Below the pieces are notes generated by a model. That model did not search any database. It worked only from the letters and a program-made list of their open reading frames with translations, and was not told the origin of the DNA. From the NCBI GenBank assembly GCA_003045935.1, contig PZPI01000002.1, positions 1-38,859 of the forward strand: a stretch of 38,859 nucleotides of DNA, written 5' to 3'. Positions within the stretch are counted from its first letter, which is position 1; every line of letters starts with the position of its first letter. This document shows, piece after piece, positions 1-8,263 of the stretch. The position numbers were made by a program, and so were the translations under genes. Source of the stretch: Bacteroidota bacterium (GTDB lineage: Bacteria; Bacteroidota; Bacteroidia; Flavobacteriales; Flavobacteriaceae).

Positions 1-1
1 T

Positions 2-178
2 ATCTCCCTTGGTGCCAATTTAGGTATTGGCCTGAAACTTAATAAACTAGCGCTAGATCTGCGTTATGAAAGAGGACTTAACGAGAAAGAGACTCGTTTC
101 GTACAGCAAAATGTAAGTAATGTGAATATTGATTTAAGACCTAGTCAGTTAATCTTAAGCCTTTTTATCGAATTATAA
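2..178 (+). CDS. 3' end of a gene entering from upstream; C-terminal strands of a probable outer-membrane beta-barrel (porin-family) protein
   Basis: Frame is open from the window edge to TAA at 176-178: ISLGANLGIGLKLNKLALDLRYERGLNEKETRFVQQNVSNVNIDLRPSQLILSLFIEL. Alternating hydrophobic/polar beta-strand pattern. Absent from the ORF track because it is 5'-truncated and short. Confidence 0.4.
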   Translation: MSLGANLGIGLKLNKLALDLRYERGLNEKETRFVQQNVSNVNIDLRPSQLILSLFIEL

Positions 179-1120
179 CTAATCGTCACAGTCATCGCCG
201 TCACCGTCATTATCAGCATCGTAATAGCTGGATGAATCGTGCGGATCTAACCCAAGACTAATTTCACATTTTGTTGGTGTACCATCACCATCGTCGTCAA
301 CGTCTAAGAAATCGTTAGCCACAGGGAGTCTATTTTCATTTTCGTAATCCTCGTCGGTATTATCGTCATAGAGATAACCATTACCGTTGCGGTCTTCAAG
401 AATAGATAAAATTCCGTCACCGTCGTGATCAGTAGCTATTGCTTCGATAAGGGTAATTTCAAAGAAAATAGGACTGTATTGCGGAATATCTGCGGTTATG
501 GTATTGTAGGATGCCATAGCTGAAGGAAAGAAAATAAATCCGTTTCCAGGATTAATGGCAGTAAAAGTTCCATCTAAATTCTCTTCGACCCCGCCTGAGG
601 CCTTAAAAAAAGGCGTTCCTTCTGCGAATCCCCTAAAACCTTGAAAAGGTGCCTGAATCGTTGCTAAGTCAAACCAAGAACCCCCTTGCTTTACCTCGTC
701 GAAAATACTGAGGTCTAGGTTACGTCCGGTGTACTGAACGTAAACTGAATCAGCAACTGAGGGTTGATTACCTATACCTGGGTTTACAATAAAGTAATAG
801 AGGTTGTGTGGAACTCCATTTTCGATTTCATCTGCGGTATAATCTGCCTCATCTAAATTGAATTCTGAAGGACGGATATTAATAGAAGTTGAACCTAAAC
901 GACTATCATTCCATAGCGAAATGTCCCCATCTGCAACTTCAGAAATAGCTCCTTCTCGATACGTATGTCCTTTTAAGAAATTAACTAACTCTTCCTCATT
1001 AACCGCTCTAATAGAATCGAGCTTTGCTGGTGGAACAGAGATTACTCCAGATAGAGGATTATCCTTCTTACAGGATACTAAAAATGCAATAATTGTTAAT
1101 AAGAGTAGTTTACGAAGCAT
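179..1120 (-). CDS. Lipoprotein with an FKBP-like peptidyl-prolyl isomerase-type domain and C-terminal Asp-rich (thrombospondin type 3-like) Ca-binding repeats
   Basis: Start moved to MLRKLLLLTIIAFLVSC (lipobox LVSC). The track's longer start at 1186 would cover the hslR promoter box. FKBP-like pattern VYVQYTGRNLDLSIFDE ... FIFFPSAMASY ... IFFEITLIEA. C-terminus has DHDGDG, DVDDDGDG and DADNDGDGDD repeats. Confidence 0.6.
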   Translation of the reverse strand: MLRKLLLLTIIAFLVSCKKDNPLSGVISVPPAKLDSIRAVNEEELVNFLKGHTYREGAISEVADGDISLWNDSRLGSTSINIRPSEFNLDEADYTADEIENGVPHNLYYFIVNPGIGNQPSVADSVYVQYTGRNLDLSIFDEVKQGGSWFDLATIQAPFQGFRGFAEGTPFFKASGGVEENLDGTFTAINPGNGFIFFPSAMASYNTITADIPQYSPIFFEITLIEAIATDHDGDGILSILEDRNGNGYLYDDNTDEDYENENRLPVANDFLDVDDDGDGTPTKCEISLGLDPHDSSSYYDADNDGDGDDCDD

Positions 1121-1161
1121 CGAACCATAAATAAATGAGGCGGCAAGATACAATTTTCCCC

Positions 1162-1169
1162 TATTTTTG
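1162..1169 (+). promoter_or_regulatory. Candidate Bacteroidota -7 promoter box (TATTTTTG) for hslR
   Basis: Exact TAnnTTTG match 28 nt upstream of the GTG start at 1198. Confidence 0.35.
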
Positions 1170-1197
1170 TTAGAGAGACTTAACACCTTTTAACACT

Positions 1198-1569
1198 GTG
1201 CGAATTGACAAATATTTATGGGCCACTCGCTACTTCAAGACTCGATCTATGGGAAGCAATGCCTGTAAAAATGGTAAAATTCATATCAATGATCAGATAG
1301 CTAAACCTTCAAAAGAAGTTTATCCTGGTGATCACATTCGTGTTAGAATAGACCAAATCAACTACGAAATAGAAGTACTCGACCTGCCTAAAAGCCGAGT
1401 AGGAGCAAAACTGGTTGATCAATACCGAAAAGATCGTACCCCAAAAGAAGCTTTTGAGCACCGAGAATTCGCAAAACTTTCTCAAGAATATTACCGACAA
1501 AAGGGAGAAGGACGTCCGACTAAAAAAGATCGCCGTTCTCTTGAAGCTTATACCACAAAATCCGAATGA
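1198..1569 (+). CDS. hslR: S4-domain RNA-binding heat-shock protein Hsp15
   Basis: GTG start. MRIDKYLWATRYFKTRSMGSNACKNGKIHINDQ is the S4/Hsp15 N-terminal signature. The 123-aa size is typical. Confidence 0.8.
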   Translation: MRIDKYLWATRYFKTRSMGSNACKNGKIHINDQIAKPSKEVYPGDHIRVRIDQINYEIEVLDLPKSRVGAKLVDQYRKDRTPKEAFEHREFAKLSQEYYRQKGEGRPTKKDRRSLEAYTTKSE

Positions 1570-2063
1570 AAGAACTTATCCTTGATCACCAAAAGATTGC
1601 GCACACCATACGCCGAATCGCATTTCAAATTCTCGAAACTTTCTCAGATGAGTCTGAAATTATCATCGCAGGAATTCATGGTTCAGGTAGCGTGCTCGCA
1701 GAAAAGATCGCCAACGAGTTAAGAAGAATCGATGAGTTAGAAATAAAGGTAGTTCGTGTTTCATTAGATAAACATCATCCTGGTGATCGCACACCCGAAC
1801 TAGATATCGATGTTGCATACTTAAAGGGTAAAGCAGTGGTTCTTGTCGACGATGTGCTTAATTCGGGAGCTACTTTAATGCATGGATGTCTTCCCTTTCT
1901 ACATGCCGGTGTCAAAAAATTAAAAACCGCTGTTCTCGTTAATCGAAACCATAAAAAGTTCCCCATAAAAGCAGATTTTAAGGGGCTTTCCCTATCTACC
2001 TCCTCCTTCGAGCATATCGAAGTAGTATTCGAAGAGAATAACGACAGGGCTTACCTAAAGTAA
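1566..2063 (+). CDS. pyrR: PyrR-like phosphoribosyltransferase (pyrimidine operon regulator / uracil PRTase family)
   Basis: ATGA overlap with the hslR stop. PRPP-binding loop VVLVDDVLNSGATL. C-terminal KKFPIKADFKGLSLSTS parallels the PyrR motif RELPIRADYIGKNIPTS. Confidence 0.7.
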   Translation: MKELILDHQKIAHTIRRIAFQILETFSDESEIIIAGIHGSGSVLAEKIANELRRIDELEIKVVRVSLDKHHPGDRTPELDIDVAYLKGKAVVLVDDVLNSGATLMHGCLPFLHAGVKKLKTAVLVNRNHKKFPIKADFKGLSLSTSSFEHIEVVFEENNDRAYLK

Positions 2064-2570
2064 TTCTACTATTTCTTTCGCGATTGTTTCGACTGATTTT
2101 TGATCAATGTCAATCACATGATGAGCCTGTAGATAGAAATTTGAGCGCTCAAATAAATGCTTGCCTATAAACTCTGGTAAATCCTCTTCTCCTATCGCTT
2201 GTATCAGAGGACGCATATCTTTCTCTGACACCAATCTTTCTGAAAGGGTTTTAATCGAAGCCTTTAAATAAAAAACTTTTGTTTTCAATGCCGACTTCAT
2301 AAGCTCTAAATTGTTTCCATAGCATGGAGTACCTCCACCGGTTGAAAGAATCATACTACTATTTTCAAGTATTACTTTTTTCAATACATCGTTTTCTAAG
2401 CGTCTGAATTTCAACTCTCCAGAGGCTTCAAAAAAGTCTCTGATTGACATCCCAATTTCTTTCTCAATCGCATGATCTAAATCAACGAACGACAAGTTTA
2501 ATTCGTTAGCTAATGTCTGACCGATAGTCGACTTACCTGAGCCCATATAACCAAGAAGAATAATTTTCAT
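2055..2570 (-). CDS. aroK: Shikimate kinase
   Basis: MKIILLGYMGSGKSTIGQ P-loop at the N-terminus, LSTGGGTP motif, 171 aa. Confidence 0.9.
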   Translation of the reverse strand: MKIILLGYMGSGKSTIGQTLANELNLSFVDLDHAIEKEIGMSIRDFFEASGELKFRRLENDVLKKVILENSSMILSTGGGTPCYGNNLELMKSALKTKVFYLKASIKTLSERLVSEKDMRPLIQAIGEEDLPEFIGKHLFERSNFYLQAHHVIDIDQKSVETIAKEIVELL

Positions 2571-2601
2571 ATATGCCTATTGAATTTTCAAATATAGCCC
2601 T

Positions 2602-2609
2602 TATATTTG
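2602..2609 (+). promoter_or_regulatory. Candidate -7 promoter box (TATATTTG) for tRNA-Lys
   Basis: Exact TAnnTTTG match 11 nt upstream of the first tRNA base. Confidence 0.35.
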
Positions 2610-2620
2610 CACCCGATTTC

Positions 2621-2693
2621 GACCTGATAGCTCAGTTGGTAGAGCATCTCCCTTTTAAGGAGAGGGTCCTGGGTTCGAGCCCCAGTCAGGTCA
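2621..2693 (+). tRNA. tRNA-Lys (anticodon UUU)
   Basis: Hand-folded cloverleaf. Acceptor GACCTGA/TCAGGTC, D arm GCTC..GAGC, anticodon stem TCTCC/GGAGA with loop CTTTTAA, T arm CTGGG-TTCGAGC-CCCAG, discriminator A. No encoded CCA. Confidence 0.9.
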
Positions 2694-2698
2694 CAAAA

Positions 2699-2728
2699 GT
2701 TAAGACATGCGTGTCTTAACTTTTTTTT
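2699..2728 (+). terminator. Rho-independent terminator after tRNA-Lys
   Basis: 9-bp stem GTTAAGACA/TGTCTTAAC with loop TGCG, followed by T8. Confidence 0.7.
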
Positions 2729-2764
2729 GTTTACCAAAGACTGTAACTATTAGTTTCAGTTGAT

Positions 2765-2847
2765 GCTCACGTGGTGGAATTGGTAGACACGCCATCTTGA
2801 GGGGGTGGTGTCCTATGGACGTGCTGGTTCGACTCCAGTCGTGAGCA
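2765..2847 (+). tRNA. tRNA-Leu (anticodon GAG), type II with long variable arm
   Basis: Acceptor GCTCACG/CGTGAGC, anticodon stem CCATC/GGTGG with loop TTGAGGG (G37), long variable arm, T arm GCTGG-TTCGACT-CCAGT, discriminator A. Confidence 0.85.
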
Positions 2848-2850
2848 CTT

Positions 2851-2890
2851 AACCTTCTGTTAATCATTTGATTTTCAGGAGGTTTTTTTA
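2851..2890 (+). terminator. Probable terminator after tRNA-Leu
   Basis: AACCTTCTG ... CAGGAGGTT stem (one G-U pair), 16-nt loop, then a T-run (2883-2889). Confidence 0.45.
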
Positions 2891-2978
2891 TTTATGCTAT
2901 TTTTTAGAATGGTATATATACGGTAAAACCTAAAATTTAGAGTGCCACTTTCAGAATTGATACCCCATACCAAAATAA

Positions 2979-3010
2979 AATTGTCTTTTAATTACAGAAA
3001 TAATTGTCTT
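2979..3010. repeat. 9-bp direct repeat AATTGTCTT x2, starts 23 bp apart (candidate operator upstream of the crt regulator)
   Basis: Copies at 2979-2987 and 3002-3010 in the AT-rich region upstream of the MerR/CarH-like gene. No functional evidence. Confidence 0.2.
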
Positions 3011-3111
3011 CAATAGATTGAAATGTTCAACAAAATGAGCCAATAATTCAAAATATTTAAAATTTTCAAACAAATCTTGGTGTTAATCACTATAGTAGCT
3101 ATGATTTTACC

Positions 3112-3119
3112 TATTTTTG
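3112..3119 (+). promoter_or_regulatory. Candidate -7 promoter box (TATTTTTG) for the regulator-crt operon
   Basis: Exact TAnnTTTG match 18 nt upstream of ATG 3138. It overlaps the TTG start proposed by the ORF track, which argues for the ATG at 3138. Confidence 0.35.
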
Positions 3120-3137
3120 TTTAAGATTTTAGAAAGA

Positions 3138-4043
3138 ATGATGAACAGTAGTAAAAAGTCGTTTAGTATTAGAGATCTCGAGAATCTCTCTGGAATTAAG
3201 GCACATACTATCAGAATTTGGGAGAAGAGGTATAATCTTTTGAGTCCGGAGCGTACCGAAACAAACATTCGTACCTACTCCCTCGAAAGTCTTCAAAAAT
3301 TACTCAATATCACACTACTTTATAATAGTGGATATAAAATCTCCAAGATTTCAAAAATCAGAGATGAAGACATTCCTCTTCTAGTAAACGAGATTATCGC
3401 GAAAAACAGTGAAAAACACCATGCGATTAATGCCTTCAAGTTAGCTATGGTGAATTTCGATACGCATCAATTCTATAACACCTATAATAGCCTAGTTGCA
3501 GATCGAAGCTTTAAAGAACTTTTTAACGAGGTCTTTATTCCATTAATGACCGAGCTGGGTATGTTATGGCAATCAAAAACCATTTCTCCGGCTCACGAGC
3601 ACTTTATCAGCAGCTTAATCAAACAGAAAATTTATATTCAAACAGAGAAGTATCAAAAGCTACCTCCGACCAAAGAGAAACCAGTTTATGTACTCTATTT
3701 ACCTGAAGGGGAAGTACATGAGATTGGATTACTGTTTTTGAATTACGAATTAGTATCAAAAGGTCATAAAACGATATTCTTGGGTCAATCAAATAGCATT
3801 CACAGTCTAAAAGAATTGCTGAATTATTACGACAATTTGAATTTTGTGTCTTATTTCACCATAAGCCCAGGACCAGATGAGTTAGACAGGTACTTTGAAG
3901 CCTTTTCTAATGAACTTCGAGGAAAGAATTCGAAACTTATGATTCTTGGCTATCAAACTCAGAAACTTCAATCTAAACCCAACTTTGATTTTGTAGAAAT
4001 TTTCGAATCCATCGCGCACTTCACTGCACAGCTTCCTAATTAA
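3138..4043 (+). CDS. MerR-family transcriptional regulator with C-terminal cobalamin-binding domain (CarH/LitR-like)
   Basis: MerR HTH SIRDLENLSGIKAHTIRIWEKRYNLLSPERTETNIRTYS. W-x9-E-H motif (WQSKTISPAHEH, nt 3567-3602). E-x-H-x-x-G B12 lower-ligand motif (EVHEIG, nt 3711-3728). Its stop overlaps the crtI ATG (TAATG). Confidence 0.8.
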   Translation: MMNSSKKSFSIRDLENLSGIKAHTIRIWEKRYNLLSPERTETNIRTYSLESLQKLLNITLLYNSGYKISKISKIRDEDIPLLVNEIIAKNSEKHHAINAFKLAMVNFDTHQFYNTYNSLVADRSFKELFNEVFIPLMTELGMLWQSKTISPAHEHFISSLIKQKIYIQTEKYQKLPPTKEKPVYVLYLPEGEVHEIGLLFLNYELVSKGHKTIFLGQSNSIHSLKELLNYYDNLNFVSYFTISPGPDELDRYFEAFSNELRGKNSKLMILGYQTQKLQSKPNFDFVEIFESIAHFTAQLPN

Positions 4044-5509
4044 TGAAAAAGGTAATCGTAATAGGGTCAGGGTTTTCATCCTTATCTGCCGCTAGCTATT
4101 TAGCTAAAGCGGGACTTGAAGTTTCAATCTTTGAAAAAAATGATACACCAGGTGGAAGAGCTCGACAGCTTAAAAAAGACGGCTTCACCTTTGATATGGG
4201 CCCCTCTTGGTATTGGATGCCTGATATCTTTGAGAACTTCTTTCAAGACTTTGGAAAGACGACCAATGACTTTTACGAATTAGAACGCTTAGATCCCGGA
4301 TATCAAATCTACTTTAAAGACAAACTGCTTAAGGTTTACGCCGACTTAGATCAACTCTGTGAAACCTTTGAAGAAATCGAAAAAGGTAGTGGTAAAAAGC
4401 TAGCCAAATTCATAGCCAAGGCTAAAAAGAACTACGAAATTGCCATAGGTAAAGTAGTGATGCGTCCAGGAATATCTCCACTCGAACTGGTCACTCCAGA
4501 AACCGCCATTAGAGTGGGCCAATTTTTAAAGTCAGTTAGTGATGTCATTAAGAAAGACTTTAAAGACGAGGCATTAAGAGCTGCCTTAGAATTTCCGGTT
4601 TTGTTTTTAGGAGCTAAGCCAGAAAACACGCCTTCTTTTTACATTTTTATGAATTATGCCGACTATGGTTTAGGCACCTGGCACCCTAAAGGTGGAATGT
4701 ATGAAATTGTTAAGGCCATGGTATCGATTGCAGAGTCAAATGGAGTAACCATACGTACTTCATCTCCAGTTTCTGAGATAAAAATATCTGAAAACGGTAT
4801 AGCAGAAGGTATCGTTCTTGAAGATGGAAGTTTTCATGAGGCTGACTTTGTTTTAAGTGGAGCCGACTACCATCACTCTGAAACGCTACTTCCAAAGCAC
4901 TACAGGCAATATTCAGAAGCCTATTGGGAAAAACGAACCTTTGCACCTTCTTCCCTCTTGTTTTACGTTGGGTTTAATAAAAAACTAGACAGCACCTTTG
5001 CGCATCACAATCTGTTCTTTGATACAGACTTTAAGGCGCATGCCAGTGATATCTACGATAAAGCAAATTGGCCAAAAGAACCGTTGTTCTACGCTAATTT
5101 CCCTTCGGCATCAGACGCTTCTATGGCGCCTGAGGGTAAAGAAGCCGGATTCTTTTTAATACCGATTGCACCAGGAATTGAAGATACCCAGCAGCTTCGC
5201 GATAAATACTTCAATAAGATTATCAAACGACTTGAAGACTTCTATGGAGAATCACTTCAAGAACATATAGAATTCATAGAAAGTTTCTGTGTGAACGACT
5301 TTGTAAGTGAGTATAACTCGTACAAAGGAAATGCCTATGGCCTAGCTAACACCTTACGTCAAACAGCATTTTTAAGACCAAAATTAGCCTCTAAGAAAGT
5401 TTCTAATCTATTCTTCACTGGCCAATTAACCGTACCCGGACCAGGAGTTCCTCCGGCTCTAATCTCTGGAAAAATTGTATCTGAATTGTTATTGAAAAAA
5501 AACCTATGA
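4043..5509 (+). CDS. crtI: Phytoene desaturase
   Basis: N-terminal FAD fold KKVIVIGSGFSSLSAASYLAKAGLEVSIFEKNDTPGGRA, C-terminal FTGQLTVPGPGVPPALISG, 488 aa, crt context. Confidence 0.9.
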   Translation: MKKVIVIGSGFSSLSAASYLAKAGLEVSIFEKNDTPGGRARQLKKDGFTFDMGPSWYWMPDIFENFFQDFGKTTNDFYELERLDPGYQIYFKDKLLKVYADLDQLCETFEEIEKGSGKKLAKFIAKAKKNYEIAIGKVVMRPGISPLELVTPETAIRVGQFLKSVSDVIKKDFKDEALRAALEFPVLFLGAKPENTPSFYIFMNYADYGLGTWHPKGGMYEIVKAMVSIAESNGVTIRTSSPVSEIKISENGIAEGIVLEDGSFHEADFVLSGADYHHSETLLPKHYRQYSEAYWEKRTFAPSSLLFYVGFNKKLDSTFAHHNLFFDTDFKAHASDIYDKANWPKEPLFYANFPSASDASMAPEGKEAGFFLIPIAPGIEDTQQLRDKYFNKIIKRLEDFYGESLQEHIEFIESFCVNDFVSEYNSYKGNAYGLANTLRQTAFLRPKLASKKVSNLFFTGQLTVPGPGVPPALISGKIVSELLLKKNL

Positions 5510-6345
5510 AGACCTTGTTCGACAATGTTTCTGAGCAGTGCAGTCAGTTGGTGACAAAGGCGTATAGCACAAGCTTCTCAACAGCAACAGCGCTACTGGC
5601 ACCCTCTGTTCGTTCACATATTTTCAACATCTATGGCTTCGTTCGTTTCGCAGATGAAATCGTCGACAGCTTTCATGACTACGATAAAGAACAGTTATTC
5701 AAAAACTTCGAGCGTGATTTAGCAGAGGCTTTAGAACATAAGATTAGTTTAAATCCCATTCTCAACTCCTTTCAATACACCTATCACACTTTTAATATCG
5801 ATTATGATTTGGTCGCTGCATTTATGAAAAGTATGCGAATGGATCTTACTAAGACTACATATAGAAGTGTCGAAGAGTACAAGGAATACATCTATGGATC
5901 TGCAGATGTTGTCGGGCTCATGTGCCTTACTGTTTTTGTAGAAGGAGACAAAGAAAGGTATACCACTTTGAAAGAATCTGCAATGGCTTTAGGTTCGGCA
6001 TTTCAGAAAGTTAACTTTCTTCGAGATCTAAAGGCAGATTTTGAAAATCTGGGTAGAACCTATTTTCCTAACGCCAATCTAGAGGCCTTAGATGAGGTAT
6101 CAAAACAAGCCATTATTGATGAGATTGAGGCTGACTTTAATTTAGGTTTTAAAGGGATTCAAGAATTACCAGCAACAGTAAGATTAGGTGTATATACCGC
6201 TTATCGTTACTACAGTCGTTTACTCGATCGATTAAAAAACACCCCGCCATTAGAAATTAAAAATAGTCGTATTCGAGTTCCGAACTACGAAAAGATAGGG
6301 CTAGTGGCACAATCCTATTTTGAAATAAAATTTCAACGCGTATAA
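5506..6345 (+). CDS. crtB: Phytoene synthase
   Basis: ATGA overlap with crtI. Squalene/phytoene synthase motifs YGFVRFADEIVD and YIYGSADVVGLM. 279 aa. Confidence 0.9.
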   Translation: MKTLFDNVSEQCSQLVTKAYSTSFSTATALLAPSVRSHIFNIYGFVRFADEIVDSFHDYDKEQLFKNFERDLAEALEHKISLNPILNSFQYTYHTFNIDYDLVAAFMKSMRMDLTKTTYRSVEEYKEYIYGSADVVGLMCLTVFVEGDKERYTTLKESAMALGSAFQKVNFLRDLKADFENLGRTYFPNANLEALDEVSKQAIIDEIEADFNLGFKGIQELPATVRLGVYTAYRYYSRLLDRLKNTPPLEIKNSRIRVPNYEKIGLVAQSYFEIKFQRV

Positions 6346-6349
6346 ATCT

Positions 6350-6793
6350 ATGAACACACTACTGGCAATTTTGACGTTTTTAGGAACCTTCGCGATCATG
6401 GAATTCATGGCATGGTTTATTCACAAATATATCATGCATGGCGTATTATGGGCTCTTCATAAAGATCATCACCATAAAGATCACGATTCTTGGTTCGAAA
6501 GAAACGATGCCTTCTTTTTATTTTTCGCCGGTCTAAGCATGTTCTTTTTAATGTTTGCTAAAGAATATTTTTGGTTAGCAACTCCTATAGGCTTAGGAAT
6601 TCTAGCTTATGGTATTGCTTACTTTGTTGTTCATGATATCTTCATACATCAGCGTTTTAAATGGCTTAGAAATATCGATAATGCTTATGCTCGTGGAGTT
6701 CGACGTGCTCATAAAATTCATCATAAGCACTTAGGCAAAGAAAAAGGTGAGAACTTTGGGATGCTAGTTGTTCCCAAGAAATACTTCAAGTAA
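6350..6793 (+). CDS. crtZ: Beta-carotene 3-hydroxylase
   Basis: His boxes HKDHHHKDH, HDIFIHQRF and HKIHHKH. Small (147 aa) membrane protein. Confidence 0.9.
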   Translation: MNTLLAILTFLGTFAIMEFMAWFIHKYIMHGVLWALHKDHHHKDHDSWFERNDAFFLFFAGLSMFFLMFAKEYFWLATPIGLGILAYGIAYFVVHDIFIHQRFKWLRNIDNAYARGVRRAHKIHHKHLGKEKGENFGMLVVPKKYFK

Positions 6794-8263
6794 GTGATCG
6801 GAATCATTGGTTCTGGAATTGCAGGACTTTCAGCAGCCCTTCGACTCAAGAGCTTGGGTTACGAGGTAACCGTTTTTGAGGCGCATCCAGGGCCAGGAGG
6901 TAAACTTGATCAAATAACTCAAGGTAGGTACCGATTTGACTTAGGTCCTTCCCTATTTACCATGCCCCAATATATTGATGAGCTCTTTGAACTCTATGGT
7001 GAGAATCCGAGAGATCACTTCAATTACCTTAGAAAAGAAACCCTTTGCAACTACTTTTGGTCAGACGGTACCCGCTATCAAACTCCTGGAGATAAACAAC
7101 AGTTTGTAGAGTCTTTCAGTGATACCTTCAATGAAAACCCAGTAAAAGTCAAACAATTTCTTGAAGACAATGGGCTGAAATATGAGCTCACCGCTCCTCT
7201 ATTTCTGCAGCGATCTCTACACCGAATAAAGACTTATTTGAATTGGCTAACCCTCAGAGCCCTATCAAAGATCCATAGACTTGATTTATTTCAGCCCCTT
7301 TACAACACATTAGAATCCTACTTTAAAAACTCAAAAAGTGTACAATTCTTTAGTCGACACGCTACTTATAATGGTAGTTCTCCCTACCAAACTCCAGGGA
7401 TCATGTCGCTTATACCACACTTAGAAATGCACTTTGGAACCTATTATCCCGAAGGAGGCATGCGGAGTATTACCGAATCACTTTATCAGCTTGCCCTTAG
7501 ACAAGGAGTTAAATTTCACTTCAGTGAAAAAGTAACCAGCATTGAGTTAAGAAACGGGAAAGCAATTGGTATTTCTACGGCTAAAGGTTCTTACCCTTTT
7601 GATATTGTCGTAAGCAACATGGATGTTGTCCCGACTTACAGAAAACTACTTAAGGGTATTAAGGCACCAGAAAAAACATTGGCTCAAGAACGGTCTAGTA
7701 GCGCATTGATATTTTACTGGGGTATTAAAAGAATATTCAATGATTTAGATCTGCACAATATCTTCTTTTCTGATGAGTACAAAGAGGAATTCAAGTGCAT
7801 CTTCGAGAAAAAAACGCTTTCAGAAGACCCAACAGTTTATGTGAATATTAGTAGTAAGCACACGCCCACCGATGCTCCTGAAGGAGGTGAAAACTGGTTT
7901 GTAATGATCAATGCTCCAGGAAATTATGGTCAAAATTGGGAAGAACTGATCGAACTGTCGCGGGAGCGTATATTAAATAAGCTAAGTAGGCTTTTAGGTG
8001 AAAATATCAAAGAACTTATCGAAACTGAATTTGTTTGGGATCCAAGAGGTATTGAAGCCAAAACCGACTCATTTTTAGGAGCCCTATACGGCGCAGCAAG
8101 TAATGATCGAATGGCTGCATTCTTAAGACATCCAAATAAATCGCCGCAAATTTCAAACTTGTATTTTTGTGGTGGATCTGTACATCCCGGCGGTGGTATT
8201 CCGCTATGTGTACAATCTGGCAAAATAGTAAGCGAACTAATCAATGAAGACTTCCCAAAATAA
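6794..8263 (+). CDS. crtD: CrtI-family FAD oxidoreductase, probably 1-hydroxycarotenoid 3,4-desaturase
   Basis: GTG start immediately after the crtZ stop. IGIIGSGIAGLSAALRL ... FEAHPGPGGK FAD fold. C-terminal FCGGSVHPGGGIPLCVQSG. Paralogous to crtI but distinct from it. Confidence 0.65.
   Translation: MIGIIGSGIAGLSAALRLKSLGYEVTVFEAHPGPGGKLDQITQGRYRFDLGPSLFTMPQYIDELFELYGENPRDHFNYLRKETLCNYFWSDGTRYQTPGDKQQFVESFSDTFNENPVKVKQFLEDNGLKYELTAPLFLQRSLHRIKTYLNWLTLRALSKIHRLDLFQPLYNTLESYFKNSKSVQFFSRHATYNGSSPYQTPGIMSLIPHLEMHFGTYYPEGGMRSITESLYQLALRQGVKFHFSEKVTSIELRNGKAIGISTAKGSYPFDIVVSNMDVVPTYRKLLKGIKAPEKTLAQERSSSALIFYWGIKRIFNDLDLHNIFFSDEYKEEFKCIFEKKTLSEDPTVYVNISSKHTPTDAPEGGENWFVMINAPGNYGQNWEELIELSRERILNKLSRLLGENIKELIETEFVWDPRGIEAKTDSFLGALYGAASNDRMAAFLRHPNKSPQISNLYFCGGSVHPGGGIPLCVQSGKIVSELINEDFPK

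Noticed and set aside
1121-1186. N-terminal extensions proposed by the ORF track here, and likewise at 3117-3137, 13313-13351, 14145-14162, 20065-20106, 29200-29283 and 34215-34229.
   Set aside because: In each case an internal Met immediately precedes a signal peptide/lipobox or a conserved N-terminus. The extension would also overlap a neighbouring gene or promoter box. The shorter starts are preferred but are unverified.
2621-3137. The tRNA-Lys/tRNA-Leu pair followed by a 288-bp AT-rich gap, considered as a possible genomic-island integration site.
   Set aside because: There is no integrase and no visible duplicate of a tRNA 3' end downstream. The flanking carotenoid genes are tightly organised, with host-type promoter boxes. 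The gap is better explained as the promoter/operator region of the crt regulator.
2850-3137. Match of the regulator's upstream region to the CarH operator 11-mer nAnnTnnACAn (Thermus/Myxococcus).
   Set aside because: I checked the ACA/TGT positions on both strands around 2981-3014, and none fits the pattern. Only the species-agnostic direct repeat is reported, at low confidence.
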